Shown here in pieces: positions 58,161-64,000 of a stretch of DNA of 64,000 nt. Under the pieces are notes generated by a model. The model did no database searches and was not told the origin of the DNA. It was given only the letters and a program-made list of their open reading frames with translations. How positions within the stretch are numbered: the stretch's first letter is position 1; every line of letters begins with the position of its first letter. Location of the stretch: positions 23,474 through 87,473 of the forward strand of contig CAVWSU010000004.1 of the NCBI GenBank assembly GCA_963757865.1, written 5' to 3'. Position numbers and translations under genes: made by a program. The DNA comes from an uncultured Chloroflexia bacterium (lineage in GTDB: Bacteria; Chloroflexota; Limnocylindria; Limnocylindrales; CSP1-4).

Positions 58161-59474
58161 TCACGCCCCCTCGACGGTCAGGTCGAGGAAGTGGGTGGCG
58201 CAGGAGATGCACGGGTCGTAGCTGCGGATCAGCTGCTCCAGCCGCCGGGTCGCCTCGGCGTGCTCGAGTTCGAGGATCGACGGCGCGAAGTCGCGCAGGT
58301 CCGCCTCGATCTGCCCCTGGTTCTGGCTCGTGGGTGGAACGATCTGGGCGTGGGTGACCATGCCCGCGGCATCCGTCTCCCAGTGATGCCAGCAGATGCC
58401 GCGAGGCGCCTCCGAGCCCCATCCCGCGGCGCCTGCCCGCGGCGTCCACGGCTCGAACGGCCGCTTCGGCGGCTCGTAGGCGTCGAGGATGTCGATGGCC
58501 TCGGCGCAGTAGTGGATCAGCTCCACGCCGCGTGCCGCGATGCTCCAGAACGGGTTGCGGGCGATCTGCGCGGCGAGCCCGGTCCGCTCGAGCGCCTCGC
58601 GGGCGATCGGGTGCAGCTGGTCCGCCGCGATCGTGACGCGCGCGGACGGGCCGAGCTGGTACGTCTCGCCGGTCGCCGTCCGGGCGTGCAGCGCGTTCGT
58701 GCCCTCGTGGTGCTCCTCGTGGAACACCGTGCGCCAGTCGCCGATGCCGATGTCGATCGACCCGTCGTGGGACACGATGCGCCCGTCGAACAGCGGGTAC
58801 TCGGTGGGGTGCTTCAGCGACACGAGGCGGACGTCGCGCTCGAACGGCGGCGCCTGGAACTCGGCCACGAAGTCGAGAGTGGCCTTCGCCTGCTCGAGCG
58901 CCCTGACGAGCGCGGGCCGCATCGCCATCAGCTCGGCGCGGGGCGGAACCCGGTAGAGGCCGCCGATCCGGACGTTCACGGGGTGGATGGCGCGACCGCC
59001 CACGACCGCCATCAGGTCGTTGCCGACCTTCTTGAGGGCAAGTCCCTGCTCCACGACCGCGCGATGGTCCTTCGCGAGGTCGATCGCGCTCGCGTAGCCC
59101 AGGAAGTCGGGCGCATGCAGGAGGTAGACGTGCAGCGCGTGGCTCTCGATGTACTCGCCGGCGTAGAGCAGACGGCGGAGGGCCCGCACCTGGGGATCGA
59201 TCTGGACCCCGAAGATCGACTCGAAGGCGCCCGCGGCGCTCATCTGGTACGCCTCGGGGCAGATGCCGCAGATGCGCGCCACGATGTCCAGGACCTGGTC
59301 CGGATGACGCCCCACGACGAGCTGCTCGAAGTAGCGGGGCGCCTCGAAGATCTTGAGGCGCGCCTCGGTCACGGCGCCGTCGCGCACGACCAGGTGCAGC
59401 GAGCCTTCGCCCTCGACCCGGGTGATCCCCTCCACGCGAAAGGATCGCTCGAAGGGCGGTGCGTCGGTGGTCAT
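58161..59474 (-). CDS. hyhL: [NiFe]-hydrogenase large subunit, group 3b (alpha)
   Basis: ATG 59474 after gggaggga. N-terminal Ni-binding RICGICP and C-terminal DPCISCATH. 437 aa. Operon partners are diagnostic of group 3b. Confidence 0.92.
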   Translation of the reverse strand: MTTDAPPFERSFRVEGITRVEGEGSLHLVVRDGAVTEARLKIFEAPRYFEQLVVGRHPDQVLDIVARICGICPEAYQMSAAGAFESIFGVQIDPQVRALRRLLYAGEYIESHALHVYLLHAPDFLGYASAIDLAKDHRAVVEQGLALKKVGNDLMAVVGGRAIHPVNVRIGGLYRVPPRAELMAMRPALVRALEQAKATLDFVAEFQAPPFERDVRLVSLKHPTEYPLFDGRIVSHDGSIDIGIGDWRTVFHEEHHEGTNALHARTATGETYQLGPSARVTIAADQLHPIAREALERTGLAAQIARNPFWSIAARGVELIHYCAEAIDILDAYEPPKRPFEPWTPRAGAAGWGSEAPRGICWHHWETDAAGMVTHAQIVPPTSQNQGQIEADLRDFAPSILELEHAEATRRLEQLIRSYDPCISCATHFLDLTVEGA

Positions 59475-60334
59475 CACTTCCCTCCCGAGCGCGCGGTCGC
59501 GCTGGTCGCGGCTGGCGGCTTGTCGCCGGCGGGAGCCGTGCCCGGCACCCCGCCAAGCTCGGTGATCACGTCGCGGAACGGCTCGGCGTAGCCCGTGAAG
59601 CCGGCGAAGAGCCGGCCGGCCTCGGTCGGGGCCATGCCCTTCCAGATGAAGGCGCGGCTGAGGCTGGACGCGTTGGCCTGCTCCCGCGGACCGAAGCAGC
59701 CGTAGCAGCCGCGGTCGAACCCCGGGCACAGCGCGCCGCAGCCGGTCATCGTCACCGGGCCCAGGCACGGAATGCCCCTGGCGACCATCACGCAGACACG
59801 GCCGGCCCGTTTGCAGGCCGCGCAGACCGCCTCGTCCGGGAGGTTGGCACGACGCCCGGTCAGGAGCGCCGTGACGAACTCGACGAGCTGCTCGGCATTG
59901 ATGGGGCAGCCGCGAAGCTCGGCATCGACCTTGACGTAGTCCGCGACCGGCTGGGCCGTCGCGAGCGAGTCGATGTATTCCGGGTGGGCGTACACCGCGG
60001 CCCTGAACGCGTCGTGGTCCCGCCAGTTGCGCATCGCCTGGATCCCGCCCGCGGTCGCGCAGGCCCCGATCGTGACCAGGAGCTTGGCCTCCCGCCGGAT
60101 CTCGTGGATCTGCTCCAGCTGCTCGGGCGTGCTGACGGCGCCCTCGACGAGGACCACGTCGTACGGGCCGCTCGAGCGATGCGTCGTCGCCTCGGGGAAC
60201 TCGACGATGTCGATCCGCTCGGCGATCGCGAGCAGCTCGTCCTCGAGGTCGAGCAGCATCAGCTGGCACCCGTCGCACGACGCGAGCTTGACGACGCCGA
60301 GCCGGGGGCGCGGCGTGGTGGCGGCGCGGCCCAT
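59474..60334 (-). CDS. hyhS: [NiFe]-hydrogenase small subunit, group 3b (delta)
   Basis: VVKLASCDGCQ, TIGACATAGGIQ, GCPI, CAACKRAGRVCV, CLGPVTMTGCGALCP. Start and stop both overlap the neighbouring genes. Confidence 0.92.
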   Translation of the reverse strand: MGRAATTPRPRLGVVKLASCDGCQLMLLDLEDELLAIAERIDIVEFPEATTHRSSGPYDVVLVEGAVSTPEQLEQIHEIRREAKLLVTIGACATAGGIQAMRNWRDHDAFRAAVYAHPEYIDSLATAQPVADYVKVDAELRGCPINAEQLVEFVTALLTGRRANLPDEAVCAACKRAGRVCVMVARGIPCLGPVTMTGCGALCPGFDRGCYGCFGPREQANASSLSRAFIWKGMAPTEAGRLFAGFTGYAEPFRDVITELGGVPGTAPAGDKPPAATSATARSGGK

Positions 60335-62299
60335 CAGATGCCCTCCCGTCCGAACACGTCGCCGAGCTGCGCGAGCGAGAAGACGGGTCCGTCCTTGCAC
60401 ACGAAGTACGGTCCCACCTGGCAGTGCCCGCAGAGTCCGACGCCGCATTCCATGTGGCGTTCCATCGAGATGTAGATGCGGTCCGGCGTGACGCCGTGCG
60501 CCGCCAGCGTGTTGACGGTGGCCTGGATCATGCGCTCGGGTCCGCACACGAAGGCGATCGCCTTCGTCCCGTCCCAGCGCGCGTGGTCGAACAGGTGGGT
60601 CACGATGCCCACCCGGCCGAGCCAGGTCGCATCCGCGCGATCGACCGTCACGCCCACGTCGAGGTCACCCCTGGCGGCCCAGGCCGCGAGCTCCTCGGTG
60701 TAGAGCAGGTCTCCGGGGGTCCGGGCCCCGTGGTAGATGCGCACCTCGCCGTACTTCGAGCGGTGCTCGACGATCTCGTCGATCACGGGCCGGAGCGGTG
60801 GCAGTCCCATGCCCACCGCCGACGATCACGACATCGTGATCTTCGGCGACCTCGACGGGCCAGCCATGGCCCAGGGGGGCAGAGAGCCCGACTTCGGCGC
60901 CGCGCTCGAGCCCGGTCAGGATGGTGCTCGCCGGACCGACCCCCCGGATCGTGAGTTCCATGCCCTCGGGCAGCCGCCGGGAGATGGAGATGGGCACCGA
61001 ACCCACCGCGGGCACGGATGCCATCACGAACTCGCCGTGGGTCTTCGACCAGTCGATGCCGCCGGGCGTCGCCAGCGAGAGCGTGACGGTGTCGTGGGTC
61101 TCGTTCCGGGCGGCCTCCACCCGGAACACGCTGGTCTTTGGCGAGTGCGCCTCGGCCGCGTGGCCGTCACCGGCCGCGACCTGCGGCGGCGGGGCGATGA
61201 TGTTGAGCTCCTCGCGGACATCGATCCCGACGGGGCACCACGTGATGCAGCGACCGCAGCCCACGCACCCGGAGGTCCCGAACTGGTCGATCCAGGTGGC
61301 GAACTTGTGGGTGAGCCATTGCCGGTAGCGGTCCTGTACGCGCGGGCGGAAGTTGCCGCCCAGGGCGACCGCGGAGAAGCCCTTCGTGAAGCACGATTCC
61401 CAGCGCCGCTCGGTGACCGCGTTGTGGCCGTCGAGGTCGGAGCGCTGGCTGACGCTCGTGCAGAAGCACGTCGGGCACGAGGCCGTGCAGTTCGTGCAGG
61501 CCAGGCACCGCTCGGCGATCTGGGCCCAGCGGGGGCTGTCGAGCTTCGCCATCAGCCGGTCGTGCAGGCCGGCCGTGACCACGGGATCCCCGATCCGCTC
61601 GCGGGCGGAGGCGAGCTGATCCGCGCCTGCGCCGATCTGGTCGGCGCTCGCGTCCTCGAGATCCAGCCGGTCGAAGATGGCCGACCCGGACGGAGACCCG
61701 GCCGTCACGACGAAGCCGTCCTCGAGTTCGATGAGCGAGAGGTCGTGGCCGCTGCGGACGCCGGGTCCGGTGCCCATCGACGTGCAGAAGCAGGTTCCGC
61801 CGGGCTCCGCGCACTGGACCGCCACGACGAGCGAATGCGTGCGCCGTGCTCGGTAATCCTCGTCCGTGTACGGGCCACCGAGGAACACGCGGTCCTCGAT
61901 GCCCAGCGCCGCGAGCTCGCAGGCGCGCACGCCGAGGAACGCGAGCTTCGGGATCTCCTTGTCGACGGGCCCGAAGGACACGTGTCCCTGCTCGTCCCTG
62001 TGGGACTGGCTCACGCCGAGAGTCGGTGGGAACACGAAGCGCTTCCACGAGGTGGGGCCGACCGCGTATGCGAAGTAGCGGTCGTCCCTGTGCTCCACCA
62101 GCCGGTACGAGCCGGGGGCCTGCTCCGCGCCGACGCCCCTGGGAAGGTCCTCGACCGCGTGGACCTCGCCGTAGACGATCGCGCCGTCCGACACGGTCGG
62201 CCCGATCACGGTGCGGCCGTCCTCGGCCAGCAGGTCGATGAGTCGCTGGAAACCGGCGCGGGGCAGGAAACCGATCGCGCTCCTGGTCACGGTGGTCAT
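60334..62299 (-). CDS. Group 3b hydrogenase beta (4Fe-4S, AsrA-like) and gamma (FAD/NAD(P)/2Fe-2S, AsrB-like) modules in one reading frame; +1 frameshift at 60811
   Basis: Beta module: FLGVRACE, GGTCFCTSMG, CLACTNCTASCPTCFC, CVGCGRCITWCP. With no stop it continues into gamma: FRVEAARNETHDTVTLSL ... VVIVGGG. The frame then breaks (ORF 60665..62299). ORF 60334..60816 resumes as MGLPPLRPVIDEIV ... CGVGLCGHCQVGP. Confidence 0.85.
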
Positions 62300-62308
62300 G
62301 TCGTTCCG

Positions 62309-62803
62309 CTACTTCGCGAAGAGGTCGAGCATCTGCAGCCGCGTCGCGCTCAGCCGGCGCGCCATCGCCTGGAGGACACGCGGGTAGAGCTCGGCGGCCA
62401 GGTCGTGGTCGGCGGCGAGGGCGGCCCGGAGACCCGGCCCGTCGAGCGCCAGCACGTCGACCGACTGCAGCGCCACGACTGTCGATGTCGAGCGGTAGGG
62501 GGAGACGAGCGACGACTGGCCGAAGATGTCGCCGGGTTCGACCGTCAGGATCGTGATCCAGCCTTCCTCGGGCACGAGGGTCCGCAGCGAGACGCGGCCC
62601 GACAGCACGATGCCCAGCTCGTTGGTCAGCTGGCCCTCGGTGAGCAGGGTCGTTCCGGCCGTCGCCTGGTAGCGGCGTGCGAGACCCGCAAGGCGCACCT
62701 GCGTATCGGGGGGCAGGTTCGCGCCGAACCACGTCGCGTTCAGCGACGCGACGAGCGAGGCGGTATCGTCGTTCCGGGGCACGGAGCCCTCGGTCTGAGG
62801 CAT
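62309..62803 (-). CDS. Stand-alone cyclic-nucleotide-binding domain protein (no HTH)
   Basis: ATG 62803 after ggagga. LLTEGQLTNELGIVLSGRVSL ... VEPGDIFGQSSLVSPYRSTSTVVA is a phosphate-binding-cassette-like FG-x ... R-S/T-x. The stop lies 9 nt before the hydrogenase beta start. Confidence 0.8.
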   Translation of the reverse strand: MPQTEGSVPRNDDTASLVASLNATWFGANLPPDTQVRLAGLARRYQATAGTTLLTEGQLTNELGIVLSGRVSLRTLVPEEGWITILTVEPGDIFGQSSLVSPYRSTSTVVALQSVDVLALDGPGLRAALAADHDLAAELYPRVLQAMARRLSATRLQMLDLFAK

Positions 62804-63176
62804 GCGGTCGTCCTCCAAGGGGGGGCAGGCGGGACACACGGCTGCAGCCATATGGGACCATCCGGCCGGGTGGCGACGACAGGGCCTGCGGTCACGCGAA
62901 CGCGGTCCGTCCGACCCGCGATGAGCTCCCCGCGAGAGCAGGCGGAGTGCACGAGACCCCGGGTGCACCTCGCCACCGGCGGTTGGGCCGCAGCCGGGAT
63001 CGCGTGGCCGACGGGGCACAGCACCTCCTGTCCGTGTCCCATCCGTGACGTCCGCGTGGCTACCATGGCGACGTGACCGCCGTGCATGGCATATCCGGCA
63101 ATCAGCATCCCCACCCCGGCGCGCCGGGCCCGGGGACCGGGCCGAGCGGTCGCTGGCGGCAGCCGTGTCGGCCGGC

Positions 63177-63668
63177 GTGAACCGAGGCGTTCCGCGCAGG
63201 TGGTTGCTCGGCCCAACTGCGCGGGCCATTGCCTACGGGATCGTGGGATCTGCGATGGAGAGCGCGTTCACGTCTGTTCGGCTGTCGCGAGGGTCCGGAT
63301 CGCTGAGGGCGTCGGGACCGGCGACGCCCTGGATGCTCCCGATCTACGCGCTGGCGCTGCCGTTGTTCGAGCCCGTTCACGATCGCCTGCGCGACCGGCC
63401 GGCGTGGGCGCGCGCGATCGCGTACGCGGCGGGGATCATGGCGGTCGAGGGAGGCACGGGCTGGATGCTGCGCCGCCAAACCGGTCGATGCCCGTGGGAC
63501 TACACCGGGCGGACGCGATGGCACGTCTCGGGGCTCGTCCGGCTGGACTACGGGCCGCTCTGGGCGCTCGCGGGACTGGGGGCGGAACGCCTGCACGATG
63601 CGATGACCGGCGCGGCCGGCGCCGCATGCGCTACAATCGGCCGCCGTGGGCCGGTAGCTCAACGGTAG
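63177..63668 (+). CDS. Small membrane protein, possibly DUF1113 / putative ABC-transporter type IV family
   Basis: IAYGIVGSAMESAFT ... PWMLPIYALALPLFEP ... CPWDYTG ... RLDYGPLWALAG. The start is tentative (GTG 63177 or TTG 63204). The 3' end overlaps tRNA-Lys by about 20 nt. Confidence 0.4.
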   Translation: MNRGVPRRWLLGPTARAIAYGIVGSAMESAFTSVRLSRGSGSLRASGPATPWMLPIYALALPLFEPVHDRLRDRPAWARAIAYAAGIMAVEGGTGWMLRRQTGRCPWDYTGRTRWHVSGLVRLDYGPLWALAGLGAERLHDAMTGAAGAACATIGRRGPVAQR

Positions 63669-63722
63669 AGCAGCTGCCTCTTAAGCAGCGGGTTGAGAGT
63701 TCGAGTCTCTCCCGGCTCACCA
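63648..63722 (+). tRNA. tRNA-Lys (anticodon CTT)
   Basis: GGGCCGGTAGCTCAACGGTAGAGCAGCTGCCTCTTAAGCAGCGGGTTGAGAGTTCGAGTCTCTCCCGGCTCACCA. The cloverleaf folds by hand, the anticodon loop is CTCTTAA, and CCA is encoded. Confidence 0.93.
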
Positions 63723-63857
63723 CGGTTTTCGCACGGACTGATGCGCGCGTTGGCCCGACAAGGATCGATAGGCCCAAAGGGCCGTCCGATGCCAGAAGTC
63801 CTCGATGTGCCACTCGATGCCACGTACTCGTCGCGTAGAACCCCTCAGGAGGATCGC

Positions 63858-64000
63858 GTGAGCGCCGCGGCATCCCTTCTCGTCGGGACGGCGGTCGAGT
63901 TCACGTGGACCGGAGTCCGCGAGGTCGGCGGCTTCGCTGACATCCGGCCGCCTGCGCCCAATGGCCTCGGCGTTGTGACGAAGGGTATCGTCCAGCTCGT
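63858..64000 (+). CDS. Possible 5' end of a CDS running out of the window; product unknown
   Basis: GTG 63858 lies 4 nt after aggagga. Frame reads VSAAASLLVGTAVEFTWTGVREVGGFADIRPPAPNGLGVVTKGIVQL with mostly G/C third positions. No homology recognised. Confidence 0.25.
   Translation, partial: MSAAASLLVGTAVEFTWTGVREVGGFADIRPPAPNGLGVVTKGIVQL

Noticed and set aside
3121-60811. Programmed ribosomal frameshifting as the explanation for the +1 frame breaks
   Set aside because: The six sites share no slippery heptamer or common context (gccagcGgac, gacggaAtcg, gacgacGgcg, gcagagCgct, tcgccgGatc, ggtgggCatg). They affect unrelated gene families. Random indels, whether errors or decay, are far more parsimonious.
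63631-63873. 80-aa minus-strand ORF
   Set aside because: It overlaps tRNA-Lys on the opposite strand. Its translation includes the reverse complement of the tRNA, and there is no RBS or homology.

Overview
Very GC-rich, densely coding chromosomal segment that looks actinobacterial (GC judged by eye, not computed). Most long six-frame ORFs are Arg/Pro/Ala/Ser-rich mirror images of real genes on the other strand. Genes were therefore called from family motifs, start context and gene-to-gene coupling. In order, the window holds: (1) a histidine kinase with no sensor domain, behind two tandem GlpP-type antiterminator paralogs. (2) A complete form I Mo-Cu CO dehydrogenase island: molybdopterin-binding protein, coxD/MoxR, coxE/VWA, an XdhC/CoxI paralog, a MocA-methyltransferase fusion, coxMSL with the AYRCSFR active-site motif, an XdhC-YHS fusion, coxG and moaA. 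(3) Mixed envelope and housekeeping genes, including lepB, hydrolases, MFS pumps and methyltransferases. (4) A large AAA/TPR/LuxR (LAL) regulator translationally coupled to a ferredoxin-adenylate cyclase fusion, next to tRNA-His and an AraC remnant. (5) A CAP-domain protein with a MacB-type ABC pair, then dagK-like, bioY and tRNA-Arg. (6) A PLP decarboxylase with an MFS transporter, a Kelch lipoprotein, usp, mgsA, marR with a DHA2 pump, a beta-CASP nuclease, a rhomboid protease, a GT2 and an aldehyde dehydrogenase. (7) An oxyanion/thiol module (FmdE-TauE-TDT, then ArsR-ArsP-like permease-thioredoxin-like) in which both promoters share a motif. (8) A group 3b NiFe hydrogenase operon led by a cNMP-binding protein, then tRNA-Lys. 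I saw no CRISPR array, transposase or integrase. At least six otherwise intact genes need one base removed to restore their conserved reading frame. This points to assembly indel errors or gene decay and affects any automated annotation. The most interesting biology is the split LAL/ferredoxin-cyclase pair, a possible cAMP link to the hydrogenase operon, and the XdhC-YHS and MocA-methyltransferase fusions in the CODH maturation set.
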